64,000 nucleotides of DNA from Histomonas meleagridis 2922-C6/04-290x. Taxonomy: Eukaryota > Protista > Parabasalia. Of this stretch, positions 9,995-20,021 are shown in pieces. Positions within the stretch are counted from its first letter, which is position 1, and the number at the start of each line of letters is the position of its first letter. The stretch lies in the NCBI GenBank assembly GCA_020184695.1, contig JAANOX010000144.1:124001-188000 (forward strand). Direction: 5' to 3'. The notes beneath the pieces were generated by a model. It searched no databases. It worked only from the letters and a program-made list of their open reading frames with translations, and was not told where the DNA came from. Both the position numbers and the translations under genes were made by a program.

Positions 9995-12900
9995 ATGTCT
10001 TTCGTCAGCTCAGATCTAACCAGCATTGCTTCATATAAGAAATTAAAATGGTCTTTCATGGATGAAATATGTGCAATCATTCCTGCTGACAATATGGTAC
10101 ATTTTTACAATAAATATGGTGATGAAATATATTTAAATACACTTCCAAGTAAGAAAGCAACAGAAATTTCATGGTCTCCTACATCACGATATCTTGCCAT
10201 TGGTTGGTCTGATGGATGTATTACATTATGGAGTCAGGGACAAACATATGATTCAGAAAATATTTTAAAAGGTCCAGTAAATATGCTAGAATGGCATCCT
10301 AATTCACCAATTCTTTTATCCACAGCTAAAAATGGAAACATTTGTGTATGGGATTGTTCTTCAATGATTTTACCATTATTTAAAGCAAGCAAGCCAGACA
10401 CTACATTTCAATTTGCTCAATGGGTACCAAAAGAAATGCCATTTGCATATATTACATCATCTGATGGAACTTTATATTCACTTGAAAATCAAAGCAATGC
10501 TTTAACAGAAATATCTAAGTTATCACTACCAATTCACTATCTTTTTTCATCTGTTTCTACTAGGCGTCTAATTATTATTCATGGAGAAAATGAATTAACA
10601 CAATTTAGTTTTCCACCAGGAAATAATAAGTTATCAAATGTTAAACTTCCTGCTGGAGATCCACCATTTTGTATAGCCATTCGTAATGATGTATTATGTT
10701 ATTCAATTAATGACGCAATATATATTTGGAACGTTCAAAATGATGAAACTCACATTCTTAGGGCACCCCAATCGCACAAAATCACTTCACTTCACTTCGA
10801 CCACATATCCGCTGAATTATATGCAACAACTAAAGAAGGCTCAATCATATCATGGAAATGTACTATGAAAGGACTTATCAGTCGTGTAGGCTGGTCAAAT
10901 CCACATCAATCGGATTGTGGCTTTCAAATTGAAAATGCTACATGGTCACCATATGTATTATCATTTATTGCAATTTGTACTGGTCGTCGTCCCCTTATAT
11001 TCCGTCACAATGATCTTAAGGTTATGGTAAATTCCGAAGCAGTTATTTGGCAACCAACTCCTGATCAAATAATGATGAAGAATCAACAACCTATTAAAAT
11101 CTCATCAACAGTTGAGCGTGCTAGTATTAGTGGATCATATGTTTTAGTTTCTACTCAAAATAATACTGAAATATTCACAATTCGGTCGGGTGGTCTTGTA
11201 CCATTTTCACGCATTTCACTAGAAACTTCACTTGTTAGCTTAAGTGGGGAAGAAGTTTATGACTGTAAAGAGAGTTCATTAGAATGTCGTAATCTTCAAG
11301 GCACAATTAAGCAAACCACTAATTTAGGAAATTCCACATCGAAATATATGGAAATTAATGGGAAATATTTAATAGTTTTATGTACCGACAACAACATTTT
11401 CTTATATGATATTTCACGACGTACACCGAAACTAATATATAACAAAACATTTGAACTTGAAACTGAAAATGAATTTCGAATCCGATCAATCTCATTATCA
11501 TGTGGCGGATTTTCTATTTCATTTACAATTGATATATATGAAAATGGTATTTGGAAACCTTCCACGAATTTATATTTACATTCACCACAATTCGACAAAA
11601 TTATTACGTTACAATTCGAAGGACGAATTCCTACAAAACATTTATGGGATACAGAAGATCCACGACTTCTTTGTATTGAAACTATTCCATATGGACCTAA
11701 TTTCGAATCTACAATGACTGGGACGATAATATATCCGATATTTGTTGCAGATAATTTAGATACATATCGACAATCAACATTACAAATTGAAGATGGCAAA
11801 AAACTTTGTACAGTAATAATTCCACGAATATATTATACTTCGATATATAATGAATCAAAGTCATCAAATAATGAACCTTCATCTTCAATATTACCACAAT
11901 TTGAAGGATTAGATAATACTGATGAACAATCTAAAAAAGCGATAATGGAATTAAACTTTCATTTAGCTACTGGTGATATTGATTCCGCATTTAATTCGAT
12001 TCGTGGTATCGATAATAAAGCTACATGGAGATCATTAGCACAAACATGTGCACAAAGTCGTCGAATCGATTTAGCTGATTTATGTTTTGGTCGAATGGAA
12101 GATGGCGCTTCAGCATTATTATTACATAATGCTAAGAAAGAAGATTCGGATGAAACTACATCGATTGTAGTTGTAGATTCACAATTAGGTTTATATAATG
12201 AAGCTAAATCAGCTGCTAAAGATAAGCGACGATTTGATTTATTAGCAAATATTTATGAATCGTTAAGTGAATGGAAAGAAGCTATGAATATTGTTAATTC
12301 ATCAGATCGAATTCATTTAAAAGTTATGGCTTATAATAATGCGCGATCATTAGAATTACGAGGAGAACTTCAAGAAGCTATTGAGAAATATGAAATGTCT
12401 GGGACAATACAAAATGAATTACCACGATTATCATTACAAGCTAATGATTTAAAGATAATATTTAATTATATAACTGAACATAATCCATCCGAAATCCATC
12501 CTAAATTATTTGTTTGGATTGGCCGATTTTATGAAGCACATAAACAATATGAACAAGCAATCGAATATTATGACTTAGCTAATAATCAACGTGAAATCAT
12601 ACGACTTTATTGTTGTATTGGAGAATGGGATAAAGCATTAACCATTGTAAAGAAATCAAACCAAAGAAGTGTAATATGTTATTATGCACGTATCTTAATG
12701 AAACGAATTGATTATTATTCAAAGCCAGGAAATGAAGTACCACAAATAGATGTCAACAAAATGAAACATGAAGTTATCGAATTATTTAAACGAGCACGAC
12801 AATTCTCACAAGCTATGGATATCGCTTTACAATATGAAATGATTGATGATATATTATCATTATCATTCTCTGCTCCTTCTACATTAGTTTGTAAAGCTGC

Positions 12901-14035
12901 GCGTTGGTTTGAAGAACAAAAAGAAGCAAAAAACGCAATTTTGTTATATAGTAGAGCAGGAAGATTAAATCGAGCGTTAGCATTATGTTTCACAATGAAA
13001 CAATATGATGCATTAGATGAAATCTCCGATAATTTAACAAGCAAAACAGATACTAATATATTATTACGTTGTGGAAAATATTTCATGGAAAGTGAACGAT
13101 GGTCTAAAGCAGCACAATGTTATGCATTAGCACAACAATTCGATATAGTCATTGACTTATGTAACAAACATAATATTAAATTACAAAGTTCAATCATACA
13201 AGAACTTTCCGAACTAAAAGCAGATCCTGAAATCATGAAACGATTTGCTTCATTATGTGAGCAACAAGGTGCTTTTACTACTGCCGCTACATTATATGTT
13301 AAGTTTAAAGATCATTTATCAGCTATGAAAGCATTAATACGTTCTGGCGACACTAACAAAGTCATAAAATTTGCGAATTTAATGCGAAAACGTGAAACTT
13401 ATATATTAGCGGCAAATTATTTACAAACATTTAATCCACGAAAATCCGACACTTTATTTAATGTGATAGTAAATCTATATAAAAAAGCAAACGCGTTAGA
13501 TAAACTTGGGCGTTTTTATGAAGCTTCTGCTCAAGTTGAAATTGATGAATATCAAGAATATGAAGTTGGATTAGACTTAATGAAGAAAGGTTTGGAGTTA
13601 ATTATGAACGTCGAAAACATGAAGAACAAAGAACAATATATAAATGTGTTAAAAAAGAAAATCAAATTAATCGAAAAATATTTACAAGCACAAAGTTTGA
13701 TCGAAAATGAGCCTAAAAAAGCAATCGTAATCGCAAGCGAATTATTGAAGATACAAAACTTGGAGACGTTCATGAGACAAGACGACGTATACATGATACT
13801 CGTGAAGGCAAGCGTCAAGTTGGGAAAGTACAAAGAGGCGTATGCGATACTCGAAGAGTTGCGCAATAATGGAACAGACTTAAGTTGGTTCATGAAGAAA
13901 GAGGAGCTACAAAAGATTTATGAAAAGGCTGGCGCGGAATATGTAGACGAAGGAAACGAAGAATATGACGATGTCGACGACGAAGAAATAGACGAAATTG
14001 GCGATATAGATGTTGACGATAACGATGGAAATTGA
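9995..14035 (+). CDS. IFT140: Intraflagellar transport protein 140 (1346 aa)
   Basis: N-terminal WD40 propellers plus C-terminal TPR solenoid. FHLATGDIDSAFNSIRGIDNKATWRSLAQTCAQSRRIDLADLCFGRM matches IFT140 [26 protein letters not shown]. Confidence 0.9.
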   Translation: MSFVSSDLTSIASYKKLKWSFMDEICAIIPADNMVHFYNKYGDEIYLNTLPSKKATEISWSPTSRYLAIGWSDGCITLWSQGQTYDSENILKGPVNMLEWHPNSPILLSTAKNGNICVWDCSSMILPLFKASKPDTTFQFAQWVPKEMPFAYITSSDGTLYSLENQSNALTEISKLSLPIHYLFSSVSTRRLIIIHGENELTQFSFPPGNNKLSNVKLPAGDPPFCIAIRNDVLCYSINDAIYIWNVQNDETHILRAPQSHKITSLHFDHISAELYATTKEGSIISWKCTMKGLISRVGWSNPHQSDCGFQIENATWSPYVLSFIAICTGRRPLIFRHNDLKVMVNSEAVIWQPTPDQIMMKNQQPIKISSTVERASISGSYVLVSTQNNTEIFTIRSGGLVPFSRISLETSLVSLSGEEVYDCKESSLECRNLQGTIKQTTNLGNSTSKYMEINGKYLIVLCTDNNIFLYDISRRTPKLIYNKTFELETENEFRIRSISLSCGGFSISFTIDIYENGIWKPSTNLYLHSPQFDKIITLQFEGRIPTKHLWDTEDPRLLCIETIPYGPNFESTMTGTIIYPIFVADNLDTYRQSTLQIEDGKKLCTVIIPRIYYTSIYNESKSSNNEPSSSILPQFEGLDNTDEQSKKAIMELNFHLATGDIDSAFNSIRGIDNKATWRSLAQTCAQSRRIDLADLCFGRMEDGASALLLHNAKKEDSDETTSIVVVDSQLGLYNEAKSAAKDKRRFDLLANIYESLSEWKEAMNIVNSSDRIHLKVMAYNNARSLELRGELQEAIEKYEMSGTIQNELPRLSLQANDLKIIFNYITEHNPSEIHPKLFVWIGRFYEAHKQYEQAIEYYDLANNQREIIRLYCCIGEWDKALTIVKKSNQRSVICYYARILMKRIDYYSKPGNEVPQIDVNKMKHEVIELFKRARQFSQAMDIALQYEMIDDILSLSFSAPSTLVCKAARWFEEQKEAKNAILLYSRAGRLNRALALCFTMKQYDALDEISDNLTSKTDTNILLRCGKYFMESERWSKAAQCYALAQQFDIVIDLCNKHNIKLQSSIIQELSELKADPEIMKRFASLCEQQGAFTTAATLYVKFKDHLSAMKALIRSGDTNKVIKFANLMRKRETYILAANYLQTFNPRKSDTLFNVIVNLYKKANALDKLGRFYEASAQVEIDEYQEYEVGLDLMKKGLELIMNVENMKNKEQYINVLKKKIKLIEKYLQAQSLIENEPKKAIVIASELLKIQNLETFMRQDDVYMILVKASVKLGKYKEAYAILEELRNNGTDLSWFMKKEELQKIYEKAGAEYVDEGNEEYDDVDDEEIDEIGDIDVDDNDGN

Positions 14036-14310
14036 TTAAATTTATATAAACAATGAAATAATATTAAAAATGAAAATTTTAGAAATTAAAAATTTAGAAT
14101 TAAATTTATTACATACCAAAATTTTTTTATGATTTTATAATGTATGGATTTCATATTTGATATTATACATTAAAATTTAAAAATTTAATTGATAACAAAA
14201 CTAACAAAAAATTATATTTGTTGATAGTAGTTTTAATGAATGGAATTTAATGACTTATTTTATCAAAAGAAAAAATTAAATATTTTAAGCTGCGTGAAGA
14301 CAATTTTTAT

Positions 14311-15417
14311 TTAAATTACTTTTGCATCATCTCTCCATGTAACCCATCTTTCGAAAAACGATTTGTTTTCATTTACGATTCTTTCTTTTACTTGATTTCT
14401 TAACTCATTTAACTCATGACTAAAATGGATATACTCAGGCTCTATTTTGCTTTCGACTATTCTAAACTCAAATTCTTTTTTCCCAGTTAACACATCGATG
14501 TCATCTTTCCAATTAAACAAAGATGCAACAGTTGAAACTTGGAAAGGATTAATCTCAATTAAAACCACATCAATTTTATTCTCACTCTCAAACACTATAG
14601 CAAAATCAATAACATATGATCCTTCTAAAAATGGAGAATTAGGAATATCAATCCTTGGTTTGACTTTCGATTCATAAAATTCTTGAATCGATTTTTGAAT
14701 AAGTTCTTTAGAATCATAGATATCTCGAAAGAATTGTCGATTATCATATTGCGTTAAGGCACAAAGCTTGTGATGATAGACAAAACCTCGAAATTCCAGA
14801 TGATCGAGTAAACGATCGTCCCAAAGTCGAAAGTTAAATGTGAAATTCGGTTTTTCTTTCTCCAATTCATAATTTAGATCAAAAAAAACACGTTCACTGT
14901 TGTATATTAGTTCAAACATTTCTTCAATAGTTTGACATCTGAGAGCTTTGTTGTCGCATTCACTAATGTAAAAGAGATCCTTCATAGTGGGCTTTTGGTT
15001 TAGCCATAAAATCTTAGATTCGCGAGTTTGGAGATTAAGAGTGTTATATTCAGTAAGATATTTTGCATAAAGTAGGTCTTGAAAGCGCTTAGTTGCAAGC
15101 TTGCTGAAAAATACAGCATCTTTAGGAGAGCGTCTTCCAAGACGAAAGAAGAATCCAGAACCTGGTAGGCATTCTGACTTGATTTGATCAAAAAAGTTGG
15201 AAACTTTGGATACAAAAATATCTAGATCTGGTTTATCTTCAGGGTGAACAGGTTTATTGTAAATGGTACAATTTATCACTCTTTGAAGAAGAGATCCTTC
15301 TTCATTACTCAAATGGAATATCCATGTTTTAAAAGTTAAGTCTGATATTAATTTGTACCATGAGTCAACATATTCATCATCAGTGGACTTTGGAAAAACA
15401 GATTTAGTTTTATCCAA
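14311..15417 (-). CDS. CDC123/R2K-like ATP-grasp protein (start codon uncertain)
   Basis: FFFRLGRRSPKD, LEFRGFVYHHKLCALTQY, YVIDFAI and LIEINPF...SLFNW are CDC123-type ATP-grasp motifs. The frame opens at TTG with no in-frame ATG upstream. Confidence 0.65.
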   Translation of the reverse strand: MDKTKSVFPKSTDDEYVDSWYKLISDLTFKTWIFHLSNEEGSLLQRVINCTIYNKPVHPEDKPDLDIFVSKVSNFFDQIKSECLPGSGFFFRLGRRSPKDAVFFSKLATKRFQDLLYAKYLTEYNTLNLQTRESKILWLNQKPTMKDLFYISECDNKALRCQTIEEMFELIYNSERVFFDLNYELEKEKPNFTFNFRLWDDRLLDHLEFRGFVYHHKLCALTQYDNRQFFRDIYDSKELIQKSIQEFYESKVKPRIDIPNSPFLEGSYVIDFAIVFESENKIDVVLIEINPFQVSTVASLFNWKDDIDVLTGKKEFEFRIVESKIEPEYIHFSHELNELRNQVKERIVNENKSFFERWVTWRDDAKVI

Positions 15418-15629
15418 CGTTAATTGTTTTAATCTTTCAAAAAGTTATTTGAATACGAACGATCAACAACTTTTCAAATAGCACTTTAATAATAAACAAT
15501 TGAATCAATGAGTTCATATGAATGAACCAAAAAGATAACTATATTACATTATACAAACACATTATACTGAAACAAAAATTAATCGATTAAATAAATTAAT
15601 TTCTTCTTTTGATATAACAAATTTAAATT

Positions 15630-16613
15630 TCTTAATGAATATTGAAGATCTTAAAAAAGATAACTGGAAATTACATAAACAACTTATTAAAGAAGGAACT
15701 AATCCCATGTCTGTTAATCTATTAAATCAATTCGTATTGATGATGTTGATCAAATTCAAGAAATTTCATCACAAGAGATTTTGATTTTAACCAAATAATT
15801 GAACCATCACTTTATGAAGTATTTTCATTTGTTAATAAAAAAGTTGTAAAAGCTACATTAATGTGGATAAATATGCAGTTGCAGGTGGAAATATAGAGAT
15901 CATTCATTTATGTGAAGAAAATAAATGTTCTTTTAACCGAGTTCATGAAATTGCTTTAGAATTTCATAGGAATAATGTCTTTGATATTTTTATAAGAACA
16001 AAACGCTTAAAATTAAAGAATTCACTCAATTAGAAATTGAATGTATTAAAAATGATAATTATTCTTTATTCGTATCTTTATTAGATAATATAAAGTCAAA
16101 ATTTAAAAAAGTATAATTAATGAAACAGCAAAAATTGGGAATATTTTTTTAGTGAAATATTTTATGAATGAATATAAACTTCAAAAGAAAACTTTAATCT
16201 GTGCATCAGAGTCAGGAAATTTCGAATTAATGAAATTTCTTCTTGAACAAAAAGGAATTGATATTAATGTTTAAAATATTTATTTGTTTTATTTAGTATT
16301 TATTTTAATAATTTGATATCTCAAAATAATATTTGGAAATTATTTAAATGATTTAAAACAGCACTTATGTACGCATCTAAAAATGGTTATACAGAAACAG
16401 TCAAATTACTTCTTGATCAAAACGAATTGATATTAATGCTAAAGATATTTAATTGTTTTATTTGAAATTTATTTAGATAATTCGGAATTTCAAAATAATA
16501 TTTGGAAATTATTTAAAATATTTTGGACAGCACTTATGTATGCATCTAAAAATGGTCGTATAGAAATAACAAAATTAATTCTTGAACAAGAAGGAATTGA
16601 TTCAAATATGTAG
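15630..16613 (+). pseudogene. Degraded DUF3447 + ankyrin-repeat gene
   Basis: Fragments in shifting frames: EDLKKDNWKLHKQLIKEGTNP, IRIDDVDQIQE, FNQIIEPSLYE, KYAVAGGNIEIIHLCEE, TALMYASKNG (x2) and EQKGIDIN. Homologous to 21555..22682 but with several frameshifts and stops. Confidence 0.8.
16255..16605 (+). repeat. Two tandem ~170-nt units (ankyrin coding segment plus an 80-nt AT-rich spacer)
   Basis: GAATTGAT recurs at 16255, 16424 and 16594. The spacers share caaaataatatttggaaattatttaaa. Confidence 0.85.
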
Positions 16614-17172
16614 GCAGTTATTAAATGAATAAATTATTGATTACAAATAAAAAATATCAAATTTTAATTACAATATTTGAAACATTTGAAATATAAACGA
16701 CTTCATATGAAATCTGAAATCACATGATTGCCAACATCATATATGTGTAATGTCCAATAGAAATGATGACTGGATAATACGGATGGAACTTTTGTCTGCA
16801 AAATCCGTCATGGTTTTGAAGTTTACGACCAACAGCAACAGTAGAACCAGTACAGTTGAAATCAAGAGATATAGGAGAACTCTCCTTCAAAACATTTGGT
16901 TCAACTTTGCGGAGAAATTTGTAAATATCTTTCTCATTAACATTGTTTCATAGTGAGTTCTAGAATAATTAAATCCCTTGTGTCAACATGAAGCATGTAA
17001 AAATTATGACATTAATTGGACAAAAGAATACCCAAAGATTCAAGAGATATTCCATGAATTTAAGAAATTGTCGAAAAGAAAAACATATCATATGTTATCA
17101 TGAATACACATCACGACACTATTTGTTTTTGCTTTTTTAATCTGCAAATATTAACATTATTTTACTTATAAG

Positions 17173-17775
17173 TTAATTCGGAACTAAATTGTCTTCAACC
17201 ATTTCATTATTTACATATGGGTAATACTGAGTTCCCTGTGCATATGCTTGTTCTTCATTGAAATAAGGATTATTATAGTTTTGATCAGTTGGAATAGTTA
17301 CAGCTGATTCACCTGTGGGTTTTCGATTAGACATACGGGCATTGGCTCTTTCAATCGAATCTTCTGTTGGATCAGGGCAACAGCAACAACAACATTCTTC
17401 GCTCGTGCACCTAAAATATGGTGTCTGACAGATACACGATGGTTTTCCGCAACAAGTACATTCATCTGCAGTAATGTAACAACAAGATTTTGGACAACAA
17501 TTATAAAATTGCCAACCAAAACGAAACCATAAGTAATCAATACAATTTCCTTCACAACATGGACACGGACACCACCTCTTTGAATCAGGACAAATGCAAT
17601 GAATAATTGTGTTGAAAAATTTGCAAATCATGATAATAGGAACGAAAATGAGCATCCAAGGTGCGGCGCCTATAGTGAATATTATGACATAAGAAATACG
17701 GAAACACAAAGGGATGTCGTTTACATCTAGAGGTTGATTTTGAACTTCTTTCTTCTCATTAATTTCAGGCTCCAT
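17173..17775 (-). CDS. Cysteine-rich single-pass membrane protein (200 aa)
   Basis: Hydrophobic stretch ISYVIIFTIGAAPWMLIFVPIIMIC followed by 25 Cys in total, including CCCCCC, and a Y/N/Q-rich tail. Confidence 0.75.
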   Translation of the reverse strand: MEPEINEKKEVQNQPLDVNDIPLCFRISYVIIFTIGAAPWMLIFVPIIMICKFFNTIIHCICPDSKRWCPCPCCEGNCIDYLWFRFGWQFYNCCPKSCCYITADECTCCGKPSCICQTPYFRCTSEECCCCCCPDPTEDSIERANARMSNRKPTGESAVTIPTDQNYNNPYFNEEQAYAQGTQYYPYVNNEMVEDNLVPN

Positions 17776-17894
17776 TTCCCCAATGCTTTTTAACGATGTC
17801 GTTCCTAAAATGCGGTTACTCTCAAATCCCTCTCAAAAAAAATTTTCAATGCCTATTTAAGCTTAAAAGGGCAATCATTTTTCCAATTGGTTGA

Positions 17895-18599
17895 ATGGAT
17901 GACTCGACTTTATGCAAAGTGATTGTTGTTGGTTCAAGCAAAGCCAAGAAAACAGTCTTTATACTTAGAGCAACTGATCCAATTAATTCGGAATCTCCAT
18001 CATATATAACTACAATTGGCGCTGATTTCAAAATATACAAAGCAACTATTCGTGGCAAGCAGATCAAAATGCAAATTTGGGATACTGCAGGAAATGAAAG
18101 ATTTGGATCAATATTACGTTCGTACTACCGTGGTTGTAGAGCAATAATATATTTATACAAAACAACATCCAGAGAAACATATGAAGCAATGATTGGGTTT
18201 ATGTCTAGTTCTCAACAATATATAACTGATCCAAATGTATTTCAATATGTTGTTGCATTTACCAAAAATCAAAACAAAACGCCACAAGTAATCCCAGACG
18301 AGGGACGCCAAATTGCAACTCGATTTAATGCCACATTTTTAGAGGCAACATTTTTTGATCAAAGAAGTTGCCAAGGAGTTTTAGATAAAGTCGGATTGGA
18401 TGTACTCCAACAAATTTTTGGACCACTAAAAGACGAAAACGAAAAAGAAAAAGAATTAAAAATGAAATTTAAATCAAATCAGAAGCAAGAAAAGCAAAAA
18501 CAAAAACCAATGCCACCACCAAAACAAAACAAGACCGACGGTACTAATAACAATGAAGGAAACAATGATGGAAGAACAGAAGTTTGTTTCATTCAATAA
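17895..18599 (+). CDS. Divergent Rab-family small GTPase (234 aa)
   Basis: TTIGADF, QIWDTAGNERFGSILRSYYRG Rab motifs and C-terminal CFIQ. P-loop, G4 and G5 are degenerate. Confidence 0.8.
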   Translation: MDDSTLCKVIVVGSSKAKKTVFILRATDPINSESPSYITTIGADFKIYKATIRGKQIKMQIWDTAGNERFGSILRSYYRGCRAIIYLYKTTSRETYEAMIGFMSSSQQYITDPNVFQYVVAFTKNQNKTPQVIPDEGRQIATRFNATFLEATFFDQRSCQGVLDKVGLDVLQQIFGPLKDENEKEKELKMKFKSNQKQEKQKQKPMPPPKQNKTDGTNNNEGNNDGRTEVCFIQ

Positions 18600-19253
18600 A
18601 TTGATCATATTTTATTTTAAATTAAATTTTGGAATGTTGTCTTTTTGATGAAATTTCATATGTAGAAAATAAAAGACTATTGCTGTTCCACGACATCATC
18701 ATTCCTACCATAGTATTCAAAAAGTTGAACCCTGATCGGCAATTTATTCATTCAAAAAGTTGTGATCAACGTTTATCGGTCGTCCGCTCGCGCGGATCAA
18801 AACAAGGGGAATTGATACTTATTTCCTCATTTGGAACAGCTTATATAGAATACTAACCCATCTTGTTTATTAATTTGTTTTGCATTTAATCATTTTTTGA
18901 TCATTTTGTTCATTGTTTAGATCTCTTTTTGTTCATATATCTTGTTCATTCATTTAATGTATTTTGATTAATCATATTTTAAGTGTCACTTTATAATCCA
19001 TATCTCATTTGATCATTTTTGTATAAAATCTTGTTATTTCATCTTATTTATTCATTGTTTAAAAATCTTTTATTTTATTTTTTTTGATTTTGTCCAATAC
19101 TTATCATAATTTTTTTTTATCCTAGTTGAGCAACATTTTTAGATATCAAAAACATGAAAAAAAAGATTTTAATGAAATTAATGTATACTCTTTATAATAA
19201 AAATCAGAAAAATTTTGATCATTGGATGATGTTATTCATTAAAATAATGCATT

Positions 19254-20021
19254 TCAATAAAGAAATGCAATTATTGTAAATTTTGATAAAAATGCAAATG
19301 TATCAATAGTTTTGACATTTTCCCCTATAATAACTGTTTCTAAATTAGAACAATATTGAAATGCTCTAATACCAATCGTGAGAACTGAATCTGAAATGAT
19401 AACATTTTTTAATAAAGAACTTCTTTGAAATGCATAATTTCCAATAGTAATAACTGTGTTTGGAAGTTCAAATGTTTCATTCGATCTTCCTGATGGATAA
19501 CAAAGTATTGTTGTAATATTTTTATCATAAAAAATTCCATCGCATTCTGAATAATGTTCATTTTCTTTCGATACGTAAATAAATTGTAGACTTTTACATA
19601 ATGCAAAAGCAGCTTCTCCAATTGAAGTCACTGATTTCGGAATTGTAATATTAGATAATCTTTCACAAAGTTCAAATGCATTGTTCTCGATTTCTTCAAC
19701 ATTTTCCCCAATATAAACTGTATCAATTGCATAACAATGATAAAATGCTCGATCTCCAATCGTTTTAACTGTTTCACTAATTTCAACTGAAATCAATGAA
19801 TTCCATTGAGAGAATGCACAACTTCCAATCGTTTCAATACCTGAAATAATAAGATGTTTTGTTTCAGTTTGATATAAATCTCTTTCATTATATTCATTCA
19901 TATTCGTTATATTCAATGTTGTATCATTAAATGTTTCATATGATAATGTTAAAAAGTAAAAAAACAAAAAATAAAAAATTTTATGAGAAATAATTTTTTT
20001 TGATGTAGAAAAAAAATTCAT
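19254..20021 (-). CDS. BspA-like leucine-rich-repeat (LRR_5) protein, apparently C-terminally truncated
   Basis: Repeats such as ISETVKTIGDRAFYHC, IPKSVTSIGEAAFALCKSL and LPNTVITIGNYAFQ, plus the BspA linker SKENEHYSECDGIFYDKNITTILCYPSG. Ends mid-repeat. Confidence 0.85.
   Translation of the reverse strand: MNFFSTSKKIISHKIFYFLFFYFLTLSYETFNDTTLNITNMNEYNERDLYQTETKHLIISGIETIGSCAFSQWNSLISVEISETVKTIGDRAFYHCYAIDTVYIGENVEEIENNAFELCERLSNITIPKSVTSIGEAAFALCKSLQFIYVSKENEHYSECDGIFYDKNITTILCYPSGRSNETFELPNTVITIGNYAFQRSSLLKNVIISDSVLTIGIRAFQYCSNLETVIIGENVKTIDTFAFLSKFTIIAFLY

Noticed and set aside
16780-16890. Weak resemblance of FNCTGSTVAVGRKL to the Pus10 pseudouridine synthase motif
   Set aside because: Too few matching residues and no catalytic motif nearby.
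18810-18862. U1-like ATACTTAT and branch-complementary GTTAGTA suggesting a spliceosomal snRNA
   Set aside because: The two words are on opposite strands, and no Sm site or U1/U2 stem-loop pattern is recognisable.
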